Sequence record: MK524178.1
Length of the DNA: 64,000 nt
Strand: one strand, 5' to 3'
DNA from: Escherichia phage PHB12
Positions within the stretch are counted from its first letter, which is position 1; every line of letters begins with the position of its first letter. Below, in pieces: positions 17,476 through 26,450 of the stretch. The position numbers and the translations under genes were made by a program. A model generated the notes under the pieces. The model was not told the origin of the DNA and ran no database searches. It saw only the letters and a list, made by a program, of their open reading frames with translations.

Positions 17476-18918
17476 TTAAAATTTTAACTCATTGGCTAAG
17501 CTATCTAGGTCAGCACGTGTTGTTTTGGCTTTACCTACGCGTTCCGTACGATTCACCTCTGCCTGACGCATCTGAGCACCTGCGTTTTCATTTACTGTGT
17601 TAGGTGTGTTCATGCCTTCTTGCTCAATCTCAATCCATTTCTGGTTGCCTTTACGTACACCCATCAGGAATTTATTCCACTTATTCTTATCACCATATCG
17701 TGATTTGATTTGTTTGATAAGTTGTTGTTCAGCTTGTGCAAGTTCTTCGGTTTCAATTACGGCCAACATGAAATCTGCCGTTGCTGGTAAACCTGCTGAT
17801 TCTGCAATATCGCGCATGTTCATATCCGAAGCATCCCATGCTGCACGTCCTACTTGAGCTGCAGTCCATAGAACTGTTTCAGATTCTACTGCTAATGCAC
17901 GAAGTTCTTCTGCGATAGCTTTAACTAATGTGTAGCTATTTTCAGTGTAAACTCTGATACGACAAGACCCACAAATACCTAAGTAATCAACCATGATTAC
18001 AGATGGCACAAAGTTCTTCTTAAGTTTTAACTCATTAAGCAATGCACGGAATGTATTAGCATTAGCTCCGCCAGTAGGATACTGTTTAACTACTAAACGT
18101 CCTAATGTGGATTTTGAACGCCATTTTTCCATCTTGGCTTTATATTCAGCATAAGATACGTTACCATCATCAATATCATCAAGTGATACGTCAAGCATGT
18201 TTGCATCTATACGCTTAGCGCAAACTTCTTCAGCCATTTCCATGGAAATATAAAGAACATTATGACCTGTTTGAAGATAATCTGCAGCAAGTGAACAAAG
18301 GCCTAAAGATTTACCAACGTTAACACCGGCCATTAAAACATTCAGTGTACCGGTTTCAGCACCACCTTTAGTGATTTTATTCAGAATGTTTAATTTGAAC
18401 GGGACCTTACGTGCTTTGTTCAGATAAGAAAGCCAGCGTGCTTCATAGTCTTCCATCCAGTCATGCCCAACATAACTATCAAACGAAATTGAAAGTGCTT
18501 GACGCATAATATCAGGAATAGCTCCTACGTCAGGCATTTTCTTGTTACGTTGTTCTGGAGGTAGTTCAGCATTAGATTGAATCTCAATGATTTTAGATGT
18601 AGCATTATACATCGCTTTTTGCTGGACATATTTCTCAGTTTCTTTAACCAACCATTCGTGGTCTTCAGGAGTATCAGCCAATTTTTCAATTAGGTCTGAA
18701 GTTCCTTTATATTCGGCTTCAGTTAAAGAACTGTTATCTAAAGCCACCTTTAACGCATTGATAGATGGCATTGCATTATATTCGTTAACGTGGCTCTTTA
18801 TAATTTTAAAGACGTTTTTTGCCGGTCCACGCTCAAAATACTCAGAATCCATATAAGGCCAGACCTTAGAAAAATAAGCCTGGTCATATACTAGATGAGA
18901 CAAAATAATTTCTACCAC
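17476..18918 (-). CDS. 41: replicative DNA helicase (DnaB-like)
   Basis: 480 aa; Walker A GVNVGKS and RecA-like core; T4 gp41-like. Confidence 0.9.
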   Translation of the reverse strand: MVEIILSHLVYDQAYFSKVWPYMDSEYFERGPAKNVFKIIKSHVNEYNAMPSINALKVALDNSSLTEAEYKGTSDLIEKLADTPEDHEWLVKETEKYVQQKAMYNATSKIIEIQSNAELPPEQRNKKMPDVGAIPDIMRQALSISFDSYVGHDWMEDYEARWLSYLNKARKVPFKLNILNKITKGGAETGTLNVLMAGVNVGKSLGLCSLAADYLQTGHNVLYISMEMAEEVCAKRIDANMLDVSLDDIDDGNVSYAEYKAKMEKWRSKSTLGRLVVKQYPTGGANANTFRALLNELKLKKNFVPSVIMVDYLGICGSCRIRVYTENSYTLVKAIAEELRALAVESETVLWTAAQVGRAAWDASDMNMRDIAESAGLPATADFMLAVIETEELAQAEQQLIKQIKSRYGDKNKWNKFLMGVRKGNQKWIEIEQEGMNTPNTVNENAGAQMRQAEVNRTERVGKAKTTRADLDSLANELKF

Positions 18919-18927
18919 GATAACTCC

Positions 18928-19269
18928 TTAAAAGAATTTAAATTTTTTCTTGGTCCGTTCATTAAAAGCTTGTTGTACTTGCATTGTAACACATTTTTCA
19001 ACATGTGGTGCAAGTTCTGCTTTTCTGTCCTGGTCAAGAACTGCAAAGTCCATTACGATTTTACCATCAACCCAGTCTAGTTTTGTAATATAGACTATAT
19101 GATGAGAACCATCTTCAAGTGTAATCAGAATCTCTTGAATGACATTTTCCATTGCTGAACGGATAATTTTAAGAGATTCATTAAACACTCGTTCTTTGCG
19201 AATGTCTTCCCCTTCCGAAGAAGGGGATTCATCAACGATTTCTAGATTTAAATCATCGAGATTATTCAT
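18928..19269 (-). CDS. hypothetical protein at gene 40 position
   Basis: Between 41 and uvsX as T4 gene 40; start moved to MNNLDDL. Confidence 0.4.
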   Translation of the reverse strand: MNNLDDLNLEIVDESPSSEGEDIRKERVFNESLKIIRSAMENVIQEILITLEDGSHHIVYITKLDWVDGKIVMDFAVLDQDRKAELAPHVEKCVTMQVQQAFNERTKKKFKFF

Positions 19270-20434
19270 CGAAATCTTCCATTTCGTCAAGGTCGTTTTC
19301 TATATCTGCTGCAGACGGAGCATCAGAAGTTTTAACTGGAACTTTAGTTGTTGCTTTGCAATTAATAAGGTCGTTAACAGCGTCATCAACTTCTTTAATA
19401 GAAGAGATAGCACCTAGTTTATATTTAGTTTCAATTGCATCTCGGAAAGGTTTGTGTTTAAACAAAGGTCCCCAGAATTCTACACAATCAGTAGCTTTAG
19501 CACGCCATGATTTCTCTTCACGAATCATTTCGCCTGTTTCTTCGTCAAGGAATTCTCGAGCATACCACCCGGCTTTAGGCTTAACTACAAAACCAATTTC
19601 AGTTGCCATTTCTAACAAGCCACTGAATGGGTCAATACCACCATCAAAATTAACCGTGATCGGGAAAGTAGATTTTTCTTTAACGGTTCGAGATTTTTCT
19701 GCTTTCAACGTGAAGTCATAACCGGTCAATTCTGTGCCTTCTTTAACCTGACGTTTAGAGATAAAGAATACAGTGTTAGCAGAGTAAAGAATACCTGTAC
19801 CACCACCCATAATCTCTTTAGGATATAGACCGCCGATTTCCATTGCTGTATGGTTGATTGCAACACATGGAATATCTTTAATAGTCAGATAAGGAGTCAC
19901 AATGCGGAACAGAGATTTAAGTGCCTTAGCACGAGACATATCACCTACGACTTTCTCGTTCAATGCATCTTCGGTTTCTTTCTTAGATGCAGTATTACCA
20001 ATCGAGTCAATAAAGATAATAACTTTATCACCACGTTCAATCGCGTCAAGCTGATTAGTCATATCAACTTTAAGTTGTTCGACAGATTGAATCGGAGTAT
20101 GAACTACACGGTCTAAATCAACACCCATTGAACGAAAATAAGATTCTGAAGCACCAAATTCTGAATCATAGAACAAACAAATTGCATCTTTATATTTCTT
20201 CATATATGCTGCAACCATGGTCAGTCCAAACAACGTTTTAAAGTGTTTAGAAGGAGCAGCAAAAATAGTTAAGCCTGATTGCAACCCAGCATTCAGTGCA
20301 CCACCTAATGCAATATTCAACATCGGAATACGAGTAGGGACTTCATCGCGATTATTAAACAACTTAGACTTAGTCAAGTCTGCAGTCATTTTAGAAGTAG
20401 AAGCTTTAATCAGACGAGATTTTAAATCAGACAT
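19262..20434 (-). CDS. uvsX: UvsX recombinase (RecA/Rad51 family)
   Basis: 390 aa; MSDLKSRLIKASTSK... N-terminus and RecA core match T4 UvsX. Confidence 0.9.
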   Translation of the reverse strand: MSDLKSRLIKASTSKMTADLTKSKLFNNRDEVPTRIPMLNIALGGALNAGLQSGLTIFAAPSKHFKTLFGLTMVAAYMKKYKDAICLFYDSEFGASESYFRSMGVDLDRVVHTPIQSVEQLKVDMTNQLDAIERGDKVIIFIDSIGNTASKKETEDALNEKVVGDMSRAKALKSLFRIVTPYLTIKDIPCVAINHTAMEIGGLYPKEIMGGGTGILYSANTVFFISKRQVKEGTELTGYDFTLKAEKSRTVKEKSTFPITVNFDGGIDPFSGLLEMATEIGFVVKPKAGWYAREFLDEETGEMIREEKSWRAKATDCVEFWGPLFKHKPFRDAIETKYKLGAISSIKEVDDAVNDLINCKATTKVPVKTSDAPSAADIENDLDEMEDFDE

Positions 20435-20533
20435 TGTATTTTTCCATAGGCATCATTATATTTTACTCATGTTTAAAAGATAAGACGATTATATACTAAG
20501 GGTTATACAGCATTTAAAACTTTAAACAGGCTC

Positions 20534-21082
20534 TTAACGAGCCCATTTGATAATTTCTGTAATCAAATTATTACGTTCGCTTGCATTAAATCCTATAACT
20601 TTGTTAGCACCATCATGATTAAGTAATTGATACGTTTGGATTTTGTTATGAATTGCAAACTCTTCAAAATATGAAATGACTGTATTAAAACCAAATGAAG
20701 ACAAAGTAATAAGGTCGTCTTCAAAACTTTCAGTCATTTCGTTACGTGTTAAAATAATTGTGAACACATCATGGTTTTGGCAAAGACGAACATAATCCTG
20801 TTCATAAACGTCAAGAACCGAGTCCACATCTTGTCGAATACGTCCATAAACCCAGTTACTAATATATCCACGGTCTAACAGATAAATCTTAGTAGGGTCT
20901 AAATAATTCAACATCGTTTCGAAACAGCCAACTTCATTTCGAGACTTAACATCGAAACGTCCATCAACTGTTCGTTTAGGGAAATCAATCTTTACATATC
21001 TTTCACTAATTTCCATTATGTCATTAATGAAAGTTGTTTTACCAGCATTATCCGGGCCATCTACTAAAATAATTTTAGCCAT
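20534..21082 (-). CDS. P-loop kinase-like protein (nucleoside/nucleotide or sugar kinase fold)
   Basis: 182 aa; Walker A GPDNAGKTT at residues 9-17; DRGY lid-like motif; not a T4 gene at this position. Confidence 0.5.
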   Translation of the reverse strand: MAKIILVDGPDNAGKTTFINDIMEISERYVKIDFPKRTVDGRFDVKSRNEVGCFETMLNYLDPTKIYLLDRGYISNWVYGRIRQDVDSVLDVYEQDYVRLCQNHDVFTIILTRNEMTESFEDDLITLSSFGFNTVISYFEEFAIHNKIQTYQLLNHDGANKVIGFNASERNNLITEIIKWAR

Positions 21083-21083
21083 T

Positions 21084-21983
21084 TTATTCCTCGATTATGA
21101 CATCTTCGTATTTAGGTATATTATACGGTGAAGAAATTAAAGCATTAAAGTAGATGAACTCACCAAGACCTGGATGGAATACTTCTTCAGGATTTTCGAA
21201 ATATTGAATCTTCGGCCGTCCTTTAAGAATTTGATAGTACTCAGTTTTAGTTGGTTTAAAAATTCGAATCAGTGCTTCTTCAGGATACTTATTTCTGTCG
21301 AAGCTATTATTTGGATCGGTTATATAAAGCGGTTGACCTAATTGAATTGCACATTCAACCACTTGTTCAAAACGATAACACGGGTCACTAATTCGAAATG
21401 GATGAAAAATACCATCTAGATGAATAGGAGCCAAATCACCTACAAGACGCTGCATGATGGAAGGACGTATAACTTTCTGCGTTACGATAATCTTATTACC
21501 ATCTGCACCTGCGTTAACCAGCACTTCTTTTTGACGTTCATTCAACACAGTAGTTTGAAGTGAACGATTAACAGACAACATGTCGGTTTTTAAGAATTCG
21601 TCAATATAAAAACGTGGTTTATTAGAGTCTGCAGTAATATTGAAATTGAATTCTACGTCAAAAGTGCCGTCATATCCAGTGATATCTGTGATTAGAAAAT
21701 CACAATCATAATAATCAATTAATGAATCAACCACAAATTCATTTTCAGACCAGAAATATTTACGAGTGTTATATGCGTTATCTTTATACCATAATGGAAC
21801 AAACTTAAATTCTGGGAAAAGACGTTCACATTCTTTAATATCAGATGCATTACGTGGATATGTAATTACATCACCCGGATTAGCACGGTGCAAATGAAGT
21901 TGGAAGTTGCCATCCTTAAGGATAGCATACTGTCCAGTTTCATAAGACCGCATACTCAAGATAGGTACGCGGAAAATAGCCAT
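21084..21983 (-). CDS. hypothetical protein at the beta-glucosyltransferase position
   Basis: 299 aa; no resemblance by eye to T4 Bgt; tightly packed between P-loop gene and gene 42 homologue. Confidence 0.5.
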   Translation of the reverse strand: MAIFRVPILSMRSYETGQYAILKDGNFQLHLHRANPGDVITYPRNASDIKECERLFPEFKFVPLWYKDNAYNTRKYFWSENEFVVDSLIDYYDCDFLITDITGYDGTFDVEFNFNITADSNKPRFYIDEFLKTDMLSVNRSLQTTVLNERQKEVLVNAGADGNKIIVTQKVIRPSIMQRLVGDLAPIHLDGIFHPFRISDPCYRFEQVVECAIQLGQPLYITDPNNSFDRNKYPEEALIRIFKPTKTEYYQILKGRPKIQYFENPEEVFHPGLGEFIYFNALISSPYNIPKYEDVIIEE

Positions 21984-22699
21984 TAGTCAAGGAATCCTTT
22001 AACATAATCAAAATCACGTTCAAACACATGGGCACTTACCATGGTATGAGTATAATCACCAACTTCTACACCACATTCGTTAGCGATATAATGAAGTAAT
22101 TTTCCTTGGAGATAAAAATCCAACTGCATAACAACAGCACAGTTCTGAGAACGCATATGACAGTGGGTATAAAGCTTACCATCACGAATATAATAAGTCA
22201 CTGAGTCAGTACATGGATATTCAAGTGTTTCATCCGAATCAAGCAAAGCCTGATCTGAACTTTCAAGAATTTGAAACACAACTCTTCGTGAATTAGGTTT
22301 CTCTTTAAGTTCTTTTAGAAGAGTTGGTAACTGGGCCGCAATGCGAGGACCATAGAAAGTGTTGAAGTTCGCAGGCAAAGCATCTGATTTTGGTTTAGAA
22401 ATAAATTTAGCGACGTTAGGATATGCCTTAAATGCTTCTTCTGCATCAGTACCACCAGAAATCATAAATTTCCAGAAATCTTCAGCATATTCATAAGAGA
22501 TGCGATTAATACGTGGGTCGGTCATTTTGAATGATGAAGGGGTATCAACAACTACTGTCATAGACCCAATTTCATTACAACGTCCAATACGAGAGTCAGT
22601 AACGAACTGTGGATTTTCTAAAATTTCACGATTGACAGCTTTAAATGCGGATTGAAAATCTGCGGCTTTAATATATTTCATTGTGTTATGTTTTCCCAT
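21983..22699 (-). CDS. 42: thymidylate-synthase-fold pyrimidine C5 hydroxymethylase (gene 42-like, divergent)
   Basis: 238 aa; catalytic-Cys block YPCTDSVTYYIRDGK...HMRSQN parallels T4 gp42 FMCTNTVQYLIRD...NMRSND. Confidence 0.6.
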   Translation of the reverse strand: MGKHNTMKYIKAADFQSAFKAVNREILENPQFVTDSRIGRCNEIGSMTVVVDTPSSFKMTDPRINRISYEYAEDFWKFMISGGTDAEEAFKAYPNVAKFISKPKSDALPANFNTFYGPRIAAQLPTLLKELKEKPNSRRVVFQILESSDQALLDSDETLEYPCTDSVTYYIRDGKLYTHCHMRSQNCAVVMQLDFYLQGKLLHYIANECGVEVGDYTHTMVSAHVFERDFDYVKGFLD

Positions 22700-22978
22700 G
22701 TTTACCTCAATACAGTTATTATATACTCAATTCATAAAAGCTTATTTGAATTTCTTAGCGATGTTGATATAACGTAAAGCTTCAGCATCGATACTTCCAA
22801 GAACACTATGAAGAAATGCATCAGCGTAGTATTCTAGTTGAACAGGTTTCTTTAATCACTTTAGCCGCTTTAGTTTCAAACAGGCCCATAAGGGCCTTTT
22901 TAAGAATTTGTTCGTTGCTGTTAATTTTCATAGTCAAAATCTCTTCATTAAGTTGGTGGTTAAAAGTTTTTCTAGAAA

Positions 22979-24139
22979 TCATTCCGGGTACCTCAAAGCG
23001 TCATCAGAGTTAGTTATATCAATAATAGATATAGAGTTTTCTGCTAACCCATTTTTAGATAACTGACGTTTATAATATCTTTCACAATATGTACACGTCG
23101 TCCCGCAGATTTCATTAGCACAATCGAAATCTGGATGTCTGAACCACCTTTTTTCTAAAAAGCCATCTAACAAAGAGGTTTCAATATTTACTGTATGTGA
23201 AAACTCGGTTTCGTTTTCAAGAGTGAAAATAGTCTCTAAAGGCTTCCACAATTCCAACAAATTACCTTCAAATTTTTCAGAAGCATAAGCTTCAAGAACT
23301 TTCAAAATGTAGTCTGTGCTACCTGTACGTCCTGAAACTTTGAATTGAGTGATACCAATATCATTATAAAGTTTCAAATCTTGAGGACGAACAAAACGAG
23401 TTCTCAACCAGTTAAATGGGTCTGTATCACGAGCTTTAATACAGTGTTGCATTGGATATCCATTTAAGGATTTGGCATCATCTACTGTAACGTCGGTGCT
23501 ATGGAAAATATAGCAAGAGTCACGATAGCTACAATGTGTTGTATACCCTTTACCAGCATTAGAACAGAACTCATTTACAAGAACTTCAAATATTATATTG
23601 TTCTTATTACAAAACTCTGCTGCGCGTTTCAGGAAAGAAACTGAACGGTTCTTATGAATTCCACAGCAGACCTTTTTGATATTATATTGGTCATGCAAAT
23701 ATTTGATTTGAGTTACAGCATCAACATGTAGAATTGTTGAAACTTCAATCTCAATGTCTTTATTGACTTCACGAACAATTTCCATAACAACAGGGTTAGC
23801 GATAGTAATACGCCATACGCCTATTGACCAAAGATACTGAACATAATCCTGAATAGCTTTCTTCTTCCACTCAACTAGTTCTCTTTTTGAACCAGGATTT
23901 ATCGTGTTGAGTGTATAGTTAAAGCAAATACCTAATTCGTTACAACGTTTAACATAATCTTCTAACATCTTTTTGTCAACGTCAGGAAGCCTAAAATCAG
24001 GTCTGGCTGCTACAAAAGCCATTTCTCTTGTAGAGCCGTATACTTCGTTTATCAAGCTATTAGGATAAGTTTTATTGAGCTCTACGATTTTATCAAGAAG
24101 AGCTAAATCAAAATTCGTTCCGATTTTAAAGGTATTCAT
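22979..24139 (-). CDS. cysteine-cluster enzyme-like protein, unknown function
   Basis: 386 aa, 14 Cys including C-terminal CANEICGTTCTYC (C-x3-C-x3-C-x2-C); possible Fe-S or Zn site. Confidence 0.5.
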   Translation of the reverse strand: MNTFKIGTNFDLALLDKIVELNKTYPNSLINEVYGSTREMAFVAARPDFRLPDVDKKMLEDYVKRCNELGICFNYTLNTINPGSKRELVEWKKKAIQDYVQYLWSIGVWRITIANPVVMEIVREVNKDIEIEVSTILHVDAVTQIKYLHDQYNIKKVCCGIHKNRSVSFLKRAAEFCNKNNIIFEVLVNEFCSNAGKGYTTHCSYRDSCYIFHSTDVTVDDAKSLNGYPMQHCIKARDTDPFNWLRTRFVRPQDLKLYNDIGITQFKVSGRTGSTDYILKVLEAYASEKFEGNLLELWKPLETIFTLENETEFSHTVNIETSLLDGFLEKRWFRHPDFDCANEICGTTCTYCERYYKRQLSKNGLAENSISIIDITNSDDALRYPE

Positions 24140-24193
24140 TTTTGCATCTCGCGTTAATTGTTGCGATGGTTTTTGCAGGTCTTACTTAAATTA

Positions 24194-24595
24194 TTATAGA
24201 TTCGGTTTATATGATTTAAATGTTTCGAATTCGCCTTTATTCATAAGAGCTTTGAATTCGTCAGGACGCATAGCTTTGTCGTCGATAATCCAATCATATA
24301 CTGGTTTATGTGTTAGCAAATTATGGTACTTCAATCCAATGTTTGCCAAGTTCTGAATCAGACTTGGGAGAATGTCAATTGCTATACGACCAGGACCGAC
24401 TGACTTCATACCGCGAGCAGTGTAAAGAGTTATTGTATGCCCTGCATCATACAGGGCATTAATGGCAGACACCATTTCGACGTCTGGTTTGAAGTTCACG
24501 TAATCACGATTGTTATTCCACTCTGTTATACAATCATCGACATCAAAACAAAGATTAAGCATGTTTTCTACACGGTGCATTAGATTCGTTCCCAT
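24194..24595 (-). CDS. HAD-superfamily phosphatase-like protein
   Basis: 133 aa; motif I FDVDDCIT and motif II TLYTARG. Confidence 0.5.
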   Translation of the reverse strand: MGTNLMHRVENMLNLCFDVDDCITEWNNNRDYVNFKPDVEMVSAINALYDAGHTITLYTARGMKSVGPGRIAIDILPSLIQNLANIGLKYHNLLTHKPVYDWIIDDKAMRPDEFKALMNKGEFETFKSYKPNL

Positions 24596-26265
24596 TGATG
24601 AGTGATATCGCCACCGATTGGACGATAGGAAACACCAGTTTCTTTATCAGTTAGTACCCATTTACCAGGATTTTTTGTAATCAGAGTAGCCGTTACAGGT
24701 TCTGCTACGTCATAACTAATAGAGCCGTCTTGAAGTACACGGCCCATGTTACGTAATTGCTTAGTCAGAAGTTCCATACCTTTATAATATGCGGCTACCG
24801 CTTTAAGTGGATTATTCTTGAAATAACCACCTAATGCAATCCAGATAATTGCTACAGCCAAATGATGATATTCATTAAACGAACTCATCTTTCCATATTT
24901 GTAAACTAATGGATTGATGTTAATAGTCACATTACAAGTTGTTTCATCAATAGTAAACTGTCCCCAGGTCGGATTAGCGTTGAATTCATCATAACCTGAA
25001 ACAGCATAAAGCACTTTAGCTTCATCGTACAATTTTGGCCCATAAATCTTGGTTTCGCCAAAATATCCACGAGGGTCGATAAACTTAACTTCGCCGTTAT
25101 CAGTAATCATAGTATTACTGAAGTTCGGGTCACCATGAATAACAGAGTACTGTCCCTGAGAACGATTATGATAACGAATAAGGTGTTCTAAAGCTTGTTT
25201 CAGCATTGGCTTCAGACGTCCAATCTTAGTGTAGTTCACATGTGTGATTTTACCAAATGAATCAATCAATGGTTGAATGCTTTCACAACGATCAATAACT
25301 TTCGTATAGAATTCTTTAGTGAAATCACGACGAACAGTTTCAGGACTTACAAAATAAGTGTCTGTGCTGAATTTCAGTGCATCTAAAATTGCATCAACAA
25401 TTTGTGGACGAGCAAGACTCGATTTGGATTTAATATATTCAAATGCCGGCTTACCTTTAATGCGTTCCATTTCAAAGTTATTTTCATTAACAGAAACTAA
25501 CTGAGGAACTGAATCTGATTTCACTTTAAGATACCATGAAATCTCATCTTTCTGAAGAGCTCGGCCCTGTTCGGTTAATGCGAATTTAGTTACAGTTTCT
25601 TCACCAATTTCAACTGCATTAAAACTACGATTAAGTTCACGAACTTCATGAGCTTTTTCAAGTTTAGGCATATCACCTAAATCAATTAGATTCATAAGCT
25701 CTGATTTATTGAATGCGCTGCCGTAAAGGAATTCTACGAAATCACGTCCTTTGCAGTATTCATGAATTTCCTCATCAGTAGAACCCATATAGAATTCCCA
25801 GTCTTTGAACTGATAAATTCCTACAACATTACCACCTGTTGAACCTACGTTAGTGATATTTTCACCGTCGAAATTATATCGACATTCGTCACCCTTAACA
25901 TAGATTGCGTTAACATTCCAAGACCATGAGCCAAAATCAGGAATAATATCACACCAGTTAACAATTACATTATGGCCGTCTAAATCTTTGTGTAATTTAG
26001 CAAGAGCATAAGCAGAACCATACGCTTCATCAACTGTACGAATAGTCACATTGAACCCTTCTTGCTCACAATAAGCTCGAACAGTTTCAGCAAATTTTGA
26101 ATGAACTACTACAATAATTTCATCTGCGCCAAGGTCAGAATAAATTGTATACAAATTGCTCAGAATAGTGTCTTGTTTATAGTTAACAAGCACCTTAGGA
26201 ATATGATGCGTTATTGGATACAAACGAGTTGCCAGTCCAGCACCAAGAATAACAGCTTTTTTCAT
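24580..26265 (-). CDS. bifunctional sugar-1-phosphate nucleotidyltransferase / APH-like sugar kinase
   Basis: 561 aa; N-terminal ILGAGLATRL (NTP-transferase G-x-G-x-R) and C-terminal HGDPNFSNTM...IDPRG (kinase catalytic/DFG-like). Confidence 0.65.
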   Translation of the reverse strand: MKKAVILGAGLATRLYPITHHIPKVLVNYKQDTILSNLYTIYSDLGADEIIVVVHSKFAETVRAYCEQEGFNVTIRTVDEAYGSAYALAKLHKDLDGHNVIVNWCDIIPDFGSWSWNVNAIYVKGDECRYNFDGENITNVGSTGGNVVGIYQFKDWEFYMGSTDEEIHEYCKGRDFVEFLYGSAFNKSELMNLIDLGDMPKLEKAHEVRELNRSFNAVEIGEETVTKFALTEQGRALQKDEISWYLKVKSDSVPQLVSVNENNFEMERIKGKPAFEYIKSKSSLARPQIVDAILDALKFSTDTYFVSPETVRRDFTKEFYTKVIDRCESIQPLIDSFGKITHVNYTKIGRLKPMLKQALEHLIRYHNRSQGQYSVIHGDPNFSNTMITDNGEVKFIDPRGYFGETKIYGPKLYDEAKVLYAVSGYDEFNANPTWGQFTIDETTCNVTININPLVYKYGKMSSFNEYHHLAVAIIWIALGGYFKNNPLKAVAAYYKGMELLTKQLRNMGRVLQDGSISYDVAEPVTATLITKNPGKWVLTDKETGVSYRPIGGDITHQWERI

Positions 26266-26306
26266 GTTGTGGTCCTCATTGGTAAGTAGGAGTATTGTAC
26301 ACTATT

Positions 26307-26450
26307 CTAGTTAAAGCATTCATACTTTGCTTGTAGTCCAATCATAATCCATCCGATTATAAGAGTCGGAATCATTACTGGAGCCGTTAAGCTCCAGTAG
26401 ATAGTCATGACAAGCATCAATAGTAAAAGTCCTATTGTTATTGCTTTCAT
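26307..26450 (-). CDS. small hydrophobic ORF coupled to isomerase gene
   Basis: 47 aa MKAITIGLLLLMLVMTIYW...; ATG overlaps stop of 26447..27082 (ATGA). Confidence 0.3.
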   Translation of the reverse strand: MKAITIGLLLLMLVMTIYWSLTAPVMIPTLIIGWIMIGLQAKYECFN

